DNA of 64,000 nt from Octopus sinensis. Taxonomy: Eukaryota. Location: the NCBI RefSeq assembly GCF_006345805.1, contig NC_043006.1, forward strand, positions 77,376,001 to 77,440,000. Direction: 5' to 3'. Below the pieces are notes generated by a model, which saw only the letters and a program-made list of their open reading frames with translations, was not told the DNA's origin and searched no databases. Position numbers and translations under genes: made by a program. This document shows, in pieces, positions 14,365 through 27,923 of this stretch (position 1 is the first letter of the stretch; every line of letters begins with the position of its first letter).

Positions 14365-15830
14365 AGAAATCTGCTCACTTCAATCTCTTAGGATCTAAAT
14401 GTAGACGCTTATAACTACAAAGCTATACGGTTAATCTAATAATGACGTTCTGCTATAAAATTGTATTTCCAAGCAATATACAATTATCTAAAATTCAAAA
14501 ATACTTTTTAAATACTTTTAAAATGGAAAAAAAAATAAGTATATGAAAAAGAAACAAAACAAGTACGAATAGACAGAGGAGTTTATGTTTCATTAAATTA
14601 AGCGATTGACTGGCAATTTTATGTACAAATATAATGTAAATCTATACAATAAAATGCCTGAATGAAAGTGAAATGAACAAATAATACATGCAATAAATGT
14701 CTCTTTACCAATTTCGTGATCAATTTCATAGTAAATAAAATAGCTTTATTGTACGTATACAAGTATATAATATATATTAAATATATAAACTAATATATGT
14801 TAAATGTAATTATATATTAGTAAATAATATTGTTCAAATTTTCAGAATAGTAGATAGGAGATTTAAGTTTGAAATATATCTCTGATTTCGAATCCTAGCA
14901 TGAACAGATTTTGTATAATATACAGAATTTTTGGTTAGTTAAAAAAGTATATTCTAGTCAAGGTAATAATGTACTTCTGTATAGCTTCTCGAAATAATGT
15001 ACTGGATACAAAATCTTAATTTCTATTTAGAAATTATTGCACCACGAAAAATGCAGTGGTTTGTATATTTAGAAATAAGAGTTTGTTTAGAAGTAAACTG
15101 TTAAAAATGGAAAACATTTAACTGTTTTCCCTTTTTCATTATTATATTCGTTTGGTTTCCAGATTATTCCTTCATAGTCAAATACTATTTCCGCATATAT
15201 TTTATATTCCATGTCACGAAAATGAGGGATTTTCAATAAAAGATTGTACTATATTACTTAATAGTATCTTTCTGTTTCCTAGTCGATGCTTCCTTATTTT
15301 TAAACAGGCTTCAATTCGAAATCTACTATCTGGCTTTGCAACCCTACCTTTCATGCTTCAGTGTCAAATGTACATCGCGGGCTTCATGCAAATTCTATAA
15401 ATTTCCCTTGGTGTTAAACACATACGTAGGAGATATCTGATTACAGTTTTTATTATTATATATTGTTACAATAATTTCCCTCTTTCATACAAATATTCGA
15501 GTAGATTAATGCAAACGAAAAATGTGAGAAATTCGAATAAGTAACATTTTATATATCGTTACATATTTAAAACCTCTTATATGGAAAAATCTCCAGTTTT
15601 ATCTCCGTTATAAAGCAATTAAAGAGTCATACACTATTTGAAGACATTTCTATGAGTTTCAAATCACCCATGTTTTGTATGTCTCTAATTAAATATAACC
15701 AGTCATCTACGAGTAGTTATGATCGCTTGGCATAGAACTAATATGAATTAGAATTATATATCACAAGGCAATATCGAAGTGCAAGAATTACAAGTCTGCT
15801 TAACAGCTATTCCAGTATCATAACTCATAT

Positions 15831-16003
15831 AGGCGTAGGAGTGACTGTGTGGAAAGTAGGATGCTTACCAGCCACATGGTTCCGGGTTCAGTCGCACTGC
15901 GTGGCACCTCGGGCAAGTGTCTTCTACTATAGCCTCGGGCCGACCAAAGTCTTGTGAGTGGATTTTGTAGACGGAAATTGAAAGAAGCCCTTCGTATATA
16001 TAC

Positions 16004-16037
<34 letters not shown>

Positions 16038-16251
16038 ATGTGTGTGTGTGTGTGTGTGTGCGTGTGTGTGTGTGTTTGTGTGTCTGTACCCCCGAAACCT
16101 CTTGACAACCGATGCCGGTTCGGCAAAAGAGAACGATAGAATAAATACTAAGCTTACAAAGAATAATCCCTGGGGTCGATTTGCTCGACTAATGGCGATG
16201 CTTCAACATGGCCACAATGACATGACTGAAACACGTAAAAGAGTAAAAGAG
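15831..16251 (+). mobile_element. SINE family B
   Basis: Head at 15831, internal (TA)n(TG)n, tail GTAAAAGAGTAAAAGAG. Confidence 0.85.
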
Positions 16252-16353
16252 TATATGAATGAAACTTTTTTTAATATATTAGCGCTCGTCCTTTTCCCTT
16301 TTTAAAAAAGCAAGTTTATTTTTCTATTTCTAAAGTTCATAATTACTCCTTGT

Positions 16354-16654
16354 GAGAGCGGTGAGCTGGTAGAGTAACTTCCATCTTTACGTTCTGAGTT
16401 CGACTTTGACTTTTGCCCCTTCAGTGTCAATAAATTAATTACTAGTTGAGAACTGAGGTCGATGTAATTGACTTACCCGCTCCCCCAAAGCTGTTGGCTT
16501 TGTGCAAAAATTAGAAGCCAAAATCTTTTTTTTTTTTGAGGTCGGTCAGCTGGCAGAATCGTTAGCGCGGCGGACAAACTCTTTACATCCTGACTTTATT
16601 GGGATTTAAGCAATCGACTTAGCCCGAAATCGTTGAGCCAAAATTTGAAAGCAA
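16354..16654 (+). mobile_element. Two degenerate, internally deleted family C-related SINEs in tandem
   Basis: Heads GCGGTGAGCTGGTAGAG (16354) and GTCGGTCAGCTGGCAGAATCGTTAGC (16538); tails resembling GTGCCAAAATTTGAAA. Confidence 0.6.
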
Positions 16655-16851
16655 TGTTTATTCTCTGTATACTATAGGGGCAATTAGAGTGATGTGTAAA
16701 TATAAGATGGGCTCAAAATTTTGCGTGTAATAACCCCCTCATTTAATTCACATGTATATCTTAAAAGATGAATTACCATGGATATTACAGCTTCTAACTG
16801 AGCTCATACTACAATGCCCCGGTGTTGTTGATAAGTGGTAACTTTCAAGAT

Positions 16852-17086
16852 AAGGCGGCGAGCTGGCAGAAACATTAGCACGCCGGGCGAAATGCGTAGC
16901 CGTATTTCGTCTGCCGCTACGTTCTAAGTTCAAATTCCGCCGAGGTCGACTTTGCTCTCCATCGTTTCGGGGTCGATAAATTATGTACCACTTACGCACT
17001 GGGGTCGATGTAATCAACTTAATCCGTTTGTCTGTCCTTGTTTGTCCTCTCTGTGTTTAACCCCCTTGTGGGTAGTAAAGAAATAG
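16852..17086 (+). mobile_element. tRNA-derived SINE, family C (central segment resembles the Meta domain as I recall it)
   Basis: GGCGGCGAGCTGGCAGAAAC head, B box GTTCAAATTCC, body AGGTCGACTTTGC...GGGGTCGATAAATT..GTACC. Confidence 0.85.
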
Positions 17087-18037
17087 ATATTGAAACCACG
17101 AACTAGCTACGTATCTCGTTTGATGTAACTTCAAGTGCATTCTTTACTTTTCTGGTAAAGGGATTAACTACGCGTTGTCCCTCATTTGCTTATTAAAAAG
17201 AAATAAGAATAAATGGCAATATATGGCTACAAGAAGAATTGTATCAGAACGATGGTGGACAAGCCGCAGCACGAAGTTTGGATTTGTAAACAGTAGATCA
17301 ATTCATAGAAAATCGGATTAATTTCGTTGCACATACGTAGAGAAACTGAATTCCTGATTAAGCTAAATACATTGGTTGTGGCAACAACTTCTAATTGCTT
17401 TATTGAATACGTATTTTTGCTTCACAAACCGCACCACGTTGTAAGATTTGTAGCATAAAAGAAATAAACCCCAGAGACGTTCTGCGGTATGAACAAAAAG
17501 GAAATTAAACACAATGGATGATGTTGCAGAAAATAATTTGAAATTTGGGGCTGAAGTGAAATAGTGGTCGGTAGCTCGATAATGAAGAAGACAATTCAAA
17601 TATCCGATCAGGCCAATCATTGACCTTTGTATGTGAGGCAAAGGTTCTATTTATTTACATAGCAATAGCCGACATAAATACAATGCACTGCTGACTACTT
17701 GGCTTTCATTAAGTGGCTTGCAGCAACGGAAAGTTAAATGTTTTCCTGCGAGTAAATTTAATTAAAATCAATTACGTTTTACGTACACAGAAAATAAAGG
17801 TTAAGAGAAGCCGTCAAAATAGTAAATCATGTATCATGATAGAGAAAATAGAAAGAAAAAAAGCGAGTTGTAAAAAGAAAAAAAAGAAAAAGGAATTTAC
17901 TAAGAAGACTTCATGAGGGACAAAAACCGACAAAACGTCTCATTTAGAATGAAAGTTTTAATAAAAATAACATAAAATAAAATACAACTAGAACTACTAC
18001 TGGTGCTTCGGCAACTATGACTACTACAACTAAACTC

Positions 18038-18151
18038 AATAACAACAACAACAGCAATAATAATAATAATAATAATAATAATATTCTGAAATTTCGTCCG
18101 CCACTTACGTTTATATTATTAAAGTCTGCTATTCTCATTAGGTCATTTATT

Positions 18152-18199
<48 letters not shown>

Positions 18200-18425
18200 T
18201 AATAATAATAATAATAATAATAATGATAATAAAAATAGTAATCGTTTGAAGTTGCCTGTTGTTGCTACTTGATGTTGGTGTTATTGCTGTTGTCGGCACC
18301 TTCATCATTATCATTAATTTCATCAATATCATCTATAACCCTAAACCGTCTTTGCCATTAATAACATCGTAGCTATCATCATCATCATCCTCATCATCAC
18401 CATCATCATCATCACTATTACCATC
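18038..18425. repeat. (AAC/AAT)n and (CAT)n triplet tracts
   Basis: Direct reading. Confidence 0.9.
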
Positions 18426-19333
18426 ACCGTCTTCAATGCTGCCGTTGTTTGATATTAAATTTATTTATGCTTCTCAGAGACTATTTCTTGTTTGAAAGCG
18501 TCTATCCATTGTTTATCTATTAAGATTGGTACATTAATGCAAAACATAAAGGAGACAAGTACAAGAAAAAAAAACGTTAAAAATAAACAAACAAAAACGA
18601 AAAAAAAAACATCACTTGGTATGCCATTAAAACGTCTATTTCTGTTTTAGTATTTGTTACCATGGTGAAGTACATTTTAGCTTACTCAAACAATGTTTAT
18701 ACATCTATGACTACTATTTACTTTGCGCATATGCCACATTTACCCATTCAACTATTTATTTATCACTCTGGTTATCTGAAGAGCTTTATAGTTTTATATT
18801 GCAGTCTATTAATATGTGACTTACTCTATCATTACCCGCAATATTACACACATATACGTTCATATATATATATACATGCATACATATATACATACATATA
18901 CTTTGTCTATGCGCGCGCGTGTGTTTGTGTGAATGTACACACACACACATATATATATACACATATACACACATACATACCTGCGTAGTTATATATATGG
19001 ATGTGTGTGTATTTATAGTGGTGTGTTCTTATATGTATCTATATATTTTTAAAATGTCATCTACTGTCCTATTATGTCGAGTGTTGTCCTGGAATCAATG
19101 GCCTTTAGTTGATTTAGTGTACTAAAGTCTTCCCCGAAAAGGAAGCTAGGCCCTTGTTAATTTAATCTTACTATTATTAATACTCATACTCATTTAGAAA
19201 AATGGACTGAACCTACGTGAAATAATGTTCTTTATTCAACGATACACCATGCCATCCGGTCCAAGAAATTAACAAAGTACGTAATGATTGTGAGCGAAAT
19301 TTCCAAATCATTACCCCGTTTTTTAGGGTAACT

Positions 19334-19482
19334 CTCTTTACTCTTTTACTCTTTTACTTGCTTCAGTCATTTGACTGCGGCCATGCTGGAGCACCGCTTT
19401 TAGTCGAGCAAATCGACCCCGGGACTTATTCTCTGTACGCCCAGTATTTATTCTATCAGTCTCTTTTGCCGAACCGATAAGT
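19334..19482 (-). mobile_element. SINE family B, 3' part only
   Basis: (CTCTTTTA)n tail plus CATGCTGGAGCACCGC...GCCGAACCG; no head. Confidence 0.8.
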
Positions 19483-19685
19483 ATAATATGTAACTAGTAT
19501 TGCTTCCACATGGGCAAGGCAACCTGCTCTGGTATTATTTGCGTGTTATTATAGATATTCTAGAAGAGGGTCCCTTATGTTAATCTCTCCCGTTTAACCT
19601 GTACATTCAATGATCACAACGAAAAAAGTCACTAAGATATATATAACCAGAGGGTTTTCTCATGCGTACTAAATTACTTTATAAC

Positions 19686-19758
<73 letters not shown>

Positions 19759-20194
19759 CAGAATCACATATTTTAGATGGCATATAACCTTCAAGTCTGG
19801 CACATTTTCTTTTATGCACATTAACAGAAGGACGGATAATTTCAGAAGGAGAAGAGCTGATCATAGCTATTATGATCTTAGACAGATAAAATGTTTTACG
19901 ACGTCAGAATATGATCTTAGAACTCACAACGCAAAAGAACTTAACTAATTAAAGAAAGGGTATTCAGCGTGCGTACAGGTTAAATTAAAATATAAAAACT
20001 GTTCAAATGACTGATGAAGTCTTCTAACGTATCGTAAGTTTCTGACAATCTTTTCCCCACAGCTCGTCTTAGCGCACTTGATAGGCTTTTATTCAAACAA
20101 AAGGCCAAAACTTTTGAGGGAGGCCGGTTGTTGATATCATCCACACCAGTCTTGAGACATTCTTATATTATCACCTCCGAAAAGATGAAAGGCA

Positions 20195-20294
20195 NNNNNN
20201 NNNNNNNNNNNNNNNNNNNNNNNNNNNNNNNNNNNNNNNNNNNNNNNNNNNNNNNNNNNNNNNNNNNNNNNNNNNNNNNNNNNNNNNNNNNNNN
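20195..20294. other. Assembly gap (100 N)
   Basis: Run of exactly 100 N; true size unknown. Confidence 0.99.
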
Positions 20295-20488
20295 CGGTAG
20301 CCACTGCACATATTTTTTCCTTGCCGTGTTTCTCTCCTTGTTTTCTTTCTGTTTCCTTTCGTAGAAGAGCGTAGGCTCGAAATATTAACCACGTTTTTCA
20401 AATCCCAAGTGTTTATACTAATACATTTGTTTGTTCTCCTACACCACCTGTGTTCGTCTTTTGATCTTTTCGTGAATTCTCACCCCTT
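20295..20488 (+). mobile_element. Degenerate P1 Penelope-like end
   Basis: GAAGAGCGTAGGCTCGAAA and an ACCACCTGTGTTCGTCTTTTG tail shared with 10945-11130; ends in (TA)n. Confidence 0.55.
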
Positions 20489-20492
20489 ATAA

Positions 20493-20533
<41 letters not shown>

Positions 20534-20818
20534 TAAATAATATATATATGAACTCAATACCATACATATCTTACATCTTTTTCTTTTCCTCCACCCACAC
20601 TCTCTATTTAGATAACATCGAAACTAATTATGACTAACTTTTCCTCTCACACCGTCTCCAATGAAGGGATATTATTATTAATATTCTAGAAACAGCTGTA
20701 AGACCTTCTATCTATAAATGCGCTAATATCTATACAGCCTTGGTTTTTTATCTCATTACACGAAAAATTCATATATATACATACATACATACATACACAC
20801 ATAGATGTGTGTATATAT

Positions 20819-20866
<48 letters not shown>

Positions 20867-21133
20867 GTTGAATTAAGTACTGAAATCAGGCACCTCGTCA
20901 GGTCGGAATGATATACATACACATAATAATATAATATCAAACTTGGTACATAATAGCCGACCGAATCATATTTTTGTGGTGTATGTAACCCAGCTGATCG
21001 AAGAAATCCGCTCTTGTGCTGCTCCGACTAGTACATTATATTATACGGTCCATATTATTTAAGAAAAACAGATTCCGAGACAGTTGAGTAAAATATGAGT
21101 AACAATACATCTGTACCTCTACTGTTGCTCGGT

Positions 21134-21187
<54 letters not shown>

Positions 21188-21239
21188 AGGAGTAAAATTA
21201 CTGGAGAGCCAGTAACACGTGGCAAAATGGGTTGAAAAT

Positions 21240-21280
<41 letters not shown>

Positions 21281-22101
21281 AATCTCTCTGTTCTACTGTA
21301 GACATTGAAAAGTAGTAGCAACGAAACCATATTTAAAAGATATAAAGGAATCATGATTTGTATATTGTATTATTTTCGATTTCGTGTTAAACATCCGAAC
21401 TGCAAATACATTTAGATTAATACTCACACACACACACACACACAAGACATTTATTTATACGAATGCAAGTACACATTGAGGTGCGCTCAGATTTTGATAA
21501 TATATGTAAAGCTGAGAACATATTCACAAATTTACGTATATATGATGCATATACTTCAACATAAACACATTGTGGTCTAGACAACTACTATCTCTCCCTT
21601 TTCCTCTATGTATGTTTTAGTGTGTGTCTGTGTGTTTATCTGTCTATCTGTCCCTCCCCCGCATTCTCTCTTACTCCCTCTCTCTCAAACCTTCAATTCT
21701 GTTTTCTCGCTTGCGTATAGATACGTATTTGTTCAGGATCTCACTGGCAATAAAGGTGCGCATGGTTGTTGTCCAAATGTGTGCATTTCCTCTTTCTATA
21801 CATTTATCGCAGATAACAAAACTGGATTGATTATAAACGCTCTCGTGCAAACACTGCGATTTCGTAAGGTGCAACCGGAAATATCACATCAAGATATTTC
21901 TTTAGATTTAAACCTCAGAACTGGTCCAAATGTATACCATATGTTAAATACCAATAAACACAACCCAGAGGCCACATTGTGGTCTCTAATCAGCGTAAAG
22001 TGTAGGTTAACCACACAGTCATCAAATTACAACTTCCCCACATAGTAACAATGGTTCTAGTGTTGGGCCTGTGTATATATGTATATATATGTATATATGT
22101 G

Positions 22102-22136
<35 letters not shown>

Positions 22137-22142
22137 TGAGAT

Positions 22143-22297
22143 ACGCCCTCTGTTTCCTCACTTTCCTTTTATATTGAAAAGTGTAGGCTCGAAACGTAAA
22201 ATACTTTCCCACCTTCCTCGAGCGTTAAAGTAACATACCTGTTTGTAGTTTAAACACATGTTTTCGTCTTTTGTGGGGGTTTTTTGTGAATTTCAAC
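22143..22297 (+). mobile_element. Degenerate P1 Penelope-like end
   Basis: TTGAAAAGTGTAGGCTCGAAACGTAAAA...TTTTCGTCTTTTG...TTTTGTGAATTTC, then TA repeats. Confidence 0.55.
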
Positions 22298-22475
22298 TAT
22301 ATATCTATACACACATATGCATATATATATGTGTAAATATATATATGTAGAAACTTAAATTGTTTGTACAGTATTACATGTACATACACACATATATACA
22401 TACATATATATGTGTGCGTGTTTGTATATATATATATATATACATATATACATCTATATATATACATCTATAATA

Positions 22476-22575
<100 letters not shown>

Positions 22576-22704
22576 ATTATATATATACATATATATATAT
22601 ATCTACATATTATCTATATATATCTATATAATAATACTATAGATATATATTATCATATATATATATATATATATTCACATTATGTATGCATGCATGTTTT
22701 GCCA

Positions 22705-22930
22705 TAATAGTACAAACAATTTACGTTTTTATATACACGGAAGAGGTGACCTTTGACAGAACACCTTACATTCTAGAAAGTGCAGTCAAAGACAAAACCA
22801 CGAATAAAAGCAATTTCAAAGGGAAAATAGAAATACAAAACATTATTTTTCTAGTTAACCTCTAACTCGTGTTTCTGTATTAATGAGCATATAAATTAAT
22901 TTGCCATCTGTATTTCATCAGTGAGGAAGC
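22705..22930 (-). mobile_element. Penelope-like end, family P3 (left arm of an inverted pair), with a degenerate hammerhead
   Basis: Minus strand CCTCA-CTGATGA...GAAAC-ACGA-GTT-AGAGG; helix II is not formed; tail leads to (TA)n. Confidence 0.5.
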
Positions 22931-23129
22931 TAAAAGTAATGCTAAGTCATGTAGCAAATACGTACCGAAAATACACGTTCTGCATGCTCATACATTATAT
23001 TTCCAAATCCACCGCGCAAGCACAGTTACACTCGGTAGCAAATAATAAAATTAAAACTACGTGCCAGAAAGGCTTTGAAATTACGAAAAATTTACTGTGA
23101 AAATACTAATGTAGAAAAAATAACGTAGA

Positions 23130-23345
23130 AAAAATTTCAGACCGATGGTTAGCATGCGAAATAAAGTCAATACACAATATAGAAACTCGAGTTTGAGGTT
23201 AACTACAAACATTTTTTAAAAATTTTCATTCCCTTTGAAATTGCTTTCATTCGTGGGGTGGGGTTTGACTGGCCTTTGTAGTAAGTAAGTTGTCCTGTCA
23301 AAGGTCACTTCTTTCGTGTATAAATACGTTGTTCGTACGCTACTT
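23130..23345 (+). mobile_element. Penelope-like end, family P3 (right arm of the inverted pair)
   Basis: GAAAC-TCGA-GTT-TGAGG at 23182-23198; the downstream about 150 nt are the reverse complement of 22705-22870. Confidence 0.5.
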
Positions 23346-23551
23346 TCTATGAAAATATACTGTCTATTGACTTTATTACGCATGCTAGCCACCGGTATGA
23401 TCACTTTCCTAAATTTTCTACACTTATTGTTTTCACAGTATATGTATGCATATACATATCGTTTAATTTTTAAAAATTTAATTCTTTCCATGCTTTACTC
23501 CAATTTGAAAATAAAGTTATTTTAAATTTTCTACCTGTTCCTTTTTTCCTT

Positions 23552-23589
<38 letters not shown>

Positions 23590-23595
23590 ACACAC

Positions 23596-23642
<47 letters not shown>

Positions 23643-23879
23643 TATATATTTGTACCAGTGTGGGTATCTACATAGCGAGTGTTGAGCGTGTATATGGTAT
23701 GTATGAAAGTCTGCACGTGAATGTGTTTGTAGATTCTCCATCTTACTTGTGGATTCCAGTTTCATAACAACCATTTAGATAGACTTCTTTTTATTTTATC
23801 TTATTTTATGCATTTCGTTGTTTTGGTTGCTAGAACTACAAGCCGAATCTCCATCGTTGTCATCGTATTATAATCACAT

Positions 23880-24215
23880 GTGGAGACGCAATGGCCCAGT
23901 GGTTAGGGCAGCGGACTCGCGGTCATAGGGTCGCGGTTTCGATTCCCAGACCGGGCGTTGTGAGTGTTTATTGAGCGAAAACACCTAAAAAGCTCCACGA
24001 GGCTCCGGCAGGGGATGGTGGTGATCCCTGCTGTACTCTTTCACCACAACTTTCTCTCACTCTTACTTCCTGTTTCTGTCGTACCTGTATTTCAAAGAGC
24101 CGGCCTTGTCACTCTCTGTGTCACGCTGAATATCCTCGAGAACTACATTAAGTGTACACGTGTCTGTGGAGTGCTCAGCCACTTGCACGTTAATTTCACG
24201 AGCAGGCTTCTAGAA
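23880..24215 (+). mobile_element. tRNA-derived SINE, family A, copy 1 (3' tail deleted)
   Basis: A box TGGCCCAGTGG 23892-23902; B box GGTTTCGATTCC 23935-23946; 10-bp TSD ATAATCACAT (23870-23879 and 24216-24225). Confidence 0.9.
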
Positions 24216-25104
24216 ATAATCACATAGCCTGAAATTTCGTATTCAGCTAGTATTTTATTGACCGGGTAAGTGGTGAAAGCAAATGCAAATCTGAAACAAA
24301 TGCTGCTGAACTATGTGTCCAATGCGGTAACGACCCTGAATGTCGCCACCTTCTACATCTCCATCATATTACAAACTAAATAATGAAAGTAAAGTCAACA
24401 ATTTATTAATAGATCTACTTGACCGGTACTAACTTGTTTATTACCTATTTATAACTTCCATATAACCAACTTCAATTAAGTATCAATATCATCAACAAGA
24501 AAACTGAACTTATGTTATATTGTTTGTAAAATTTCTAACGAATGTGGACTAGATAAATAACTTAAGGTATATTTAAAGTTTGTTATTGGAGTTGTTGCAA
24601 TATTATCAAACTTTAGCACTGAGTTTGTTCGGCATCGAAGTTCTTCGCCTCACGATTAAACCATATATGATACGTAATAGATTTAAGAATATTATTATCT
24701 AACAACTCCTCGCTCTTTAGAGGTAAGATTTCGCTTTGAGGGAGGTAATCTTTACTGATTTTTAAAACATGCAATGTCCTCGCGGAAAGCATAAAATCCG
24801 GGATTGACAGCGTTTTGAAACGGGTTTCATGGGGAATGTTCCCCGGCACATCATTGCAGTGAATGTCTATGCAGCCTTGCCGAATATAAAACCATAATTG
24901 CGACAGGTAAACTATTATTTAGGGTATATACGGGATAGCAAATAAGCGAGAAATACAAAAGAATTGACTGGTATTGAAACAATAAAAAAAGACGAGAAAG
25001 TTACACACGCACGCACGTGCACATACACACATACTACGTAATGACATTTGTGTATGTGAATTTATACAAGCGAGCATACTCACACACACACACACACACA
25101 CACA

Positions 25105-25142
<38 letters not shown>

Positions 25143-25899
25143 TCACACACACACACACACACGTACAGATAATATGCACTGTGAAAAATAGACTGTATTG
25201 TCTTGAAGATATTATTCAGAGAATAGTTAAGAATGGTAATAATAGAAAACATAATGATGAATAACAAGTGTACAAGAAAGAATCTAAAATAAAAATCTAA
25301 CGAATATATTTGGATAGGATATAAGAAAATATTCAGCCAGTACATAGTAAGTTTTCGTGTACGAAATAAAAAAAAAATATCTTCTATCGAACACCTGCCT
25401 CGCAATTTGCACGAATCGATAAAAATTATAGCTGCCTAATACATCAACAACATTGATCCTGACAACATACATGTTTTTGATAGAGTTACATGAGGATAGT
25501 AAACTAGTAATACTTGGAAGAAAAAAAGAAAAAACAGCGTTTCTTCGTGAAAGTTCCTTCACTAAACAACGTCTCGTCTGAATGGAACATTTCGTTGAGA
25601 AATTAAGTCCAAGGTACACAACGGTGAGCTTGTCAAGGCTGGAATGTTTTTAATTTTAATACATCAACCCACTCGGAGTTGATCAGGGGCGAAGAAACAT
25701 CATCAACAATTTATCTAAGCCATTAAATGCAATGCAAAGTGTAAAGAGGGCGGCGTGTTCGTACGTTGTGATTTTCGGCGATCCAGTTTCAAATCCAACT
25801 ATGATTATTGCTGTCTTTCATCCTTTAGGAGACCAAAAATAAAGTAATCATTTACTACTTATGCAGATTCTTCTCACTATATCATTCAGTTTACTATCC

Positions 25900-25946
<47 letters not shown>

Positions 25947-27554
25947 TCACTCCCTCTTTCTTTCAGTCCCTCTCTCTTTCACTCCCTCCCACTCTCTCTC
26001 TTGCACTCCCTCTCTCTCTCTTTCCCTCCCTCTCTCTCTTTCACTCTCTCTCTCACTCTAACTCATACTAGCTAGCTATTTCGTTTTTAATTCAACAGCC
26101 CAGGTTTATCACGTAATATTAATCTGAAAATTGCGTTAAACGATTTCGGGTCAGTGGAATACTAAACATTTTACAAATCAAATTAACTAAAAGAAATTAT
26201 GTTTGTTGAACGTTTGAAGGAATTCTGAAAAAGAGCCACGGCAGGGATTCATTTGATTATATTTCTACTTGATTAAGGATGCTAACGTGTTAAACAACAA
26301 CAATATGAACAACAATATCAAACCATTGTCTTAAGACTGGATATGTGAGTATCATACTAAATTTATAAGATATCTAGGATAGTCTTTTTCAGTCGTGAAT
26401 ACAATAGACCCACACTCATCGACTCACTCTAAACTGAGTGGTCCCGCATTGGATGTAACTACTAGAGAGCAGGTATCGCATAGTTTTTGACAAAATTTGA
26501 TGCAGATTCTCTGCTCAGCTTTCTCTGTCATGGTCAAAGCGATGATCATACGCTACACACGTTCCTTCTAAGCACTGCTGTAAAAATCGAAAGTGAGGTA
26601 GAACGTTAAAACTTAGTGCGCATGCACATGAAAGTTCAAAGTCACTCAGTGCCAACTTGATTCACTCTGCATACCTTAGCTTTCTTACGATGCCAGCAGC
26701 TTGGATACTTATTGATCAGACCACGTACACCGTAACCACAAGCCCATGTCACATTACTGTAATATAATGGGAATTAAATTATTCTGTATATTGCTCAGGT
26801 GTACAACAACTCATCAAACGTGCATGTACAGCACCTAGAATTATGTACAAAATTCAGGAAGGTGAACAGTGCGTGAGTCATGATATACATATGTTTATGC
26901 GTATGCCGGGAAGATATCAGGTGTAGTATTGGCGAATTTTAGGAAGCATTTAGGCTTTAAAGTTTTATAGTTTTATAATTTTGTTATTTGGTGCTCTTTC
27001 AACTTCAATCAAGCAAAGAGAAAAGGATTCAAACGTCGTTAATCTATAATAACTCTGCCTTTGTTTGGGATGTAACGTAACCTAGAGAAACATACATCAC
27101 GTTAGAAAAATACAAAGAGGGCTTCAACAATTCTTTTTTTATATATGAGAAGGTAGTTACCATCGGAGCAGAGAGCTGACTTGGGAAAATTCTTGCAGAA
27201 GGAGAGGATTACATTAATTATATAAAGAACCTGGCAGTAGAGTTGAATCAAGTGAAAAATTCAGATGGTAAGCTTCGTTTGTGAGAGATTTAGCGGATAG
27301 GTTTTTGCGGATCGAACAAACGGGTGCATATTGATTAGCTGATGGTTAAAATTACACCAAATCGATAGAGAGCCCTTCGTGAACAAGACGGACTTATATT
27401 CTAATGCGGAAATAACTCAACCCGTTGCCCAACCGCTTTAGAAGACTATTGTCTAGTAATACTACACTATGTAGATATAATGGAATAGAATACTCTACAC
27501 TTATGCGGCTTTTGTTTTCATATTTTCTTTTTTACTTTTGTGTATTACATATAC

Positions 27555-27923
27555 GTGGAGGCGCAATGGCCCAGTGGTTAGGGCAGCGGACTCGCGGTTT
27601 CGATTCCCAGACCGGGCGTTGTGAGTGTTTATTGAGCGAAAACACCTAAAGCTCCACGAGGCTCCGGCAGGGGATTGTGGTGATCCCTGCTGTACTCTTT
27701 CACCACACATTTCTCTCACTCTTACTTCCTGTTTCTGTTGTACCTGTATTTCAAAGGGCCGGCCTTGTCACTCTCTGTGTCACGCTGAATATCCCCGAGA
27801 ACTACGTTAAGGGTATACGTGTCTGTGGAGTGCTCAGCCACTTACACATTAATTTCACGAGCAGGCTGTTCCGGTGATCGGATCAACCGGAATCCTCGTC
27901 GTCGGAACCGACGGAGTGCTTCC
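27555..27923 (+). mobile_element. SINE family A, copy 2
   Basis: Near-identical to copy 1 and retains the full tail; 11-bp TSD ATTACATATAC (27544-27554 and 27924-27934). Confidence 0.9.

Noticed and set aside
20011-20050. Other CTGANGA heptamers (20011, 7385, 33278, 60188, 61603)
   Set aside because: No correctly placed GAAA, NUH and helices.
23880-23960. tRNA genes at SINE heads
   Set aside because: A and B boxes are present, but there is no complete cloverleaf or acceptor stem; they continue into SINE bodies with TSDs.
24613-24849. 78-aa non-repetitive ORF on the minus strand
   Set aside because: GTG start, no recognisable domain or splice context; expected by chance.
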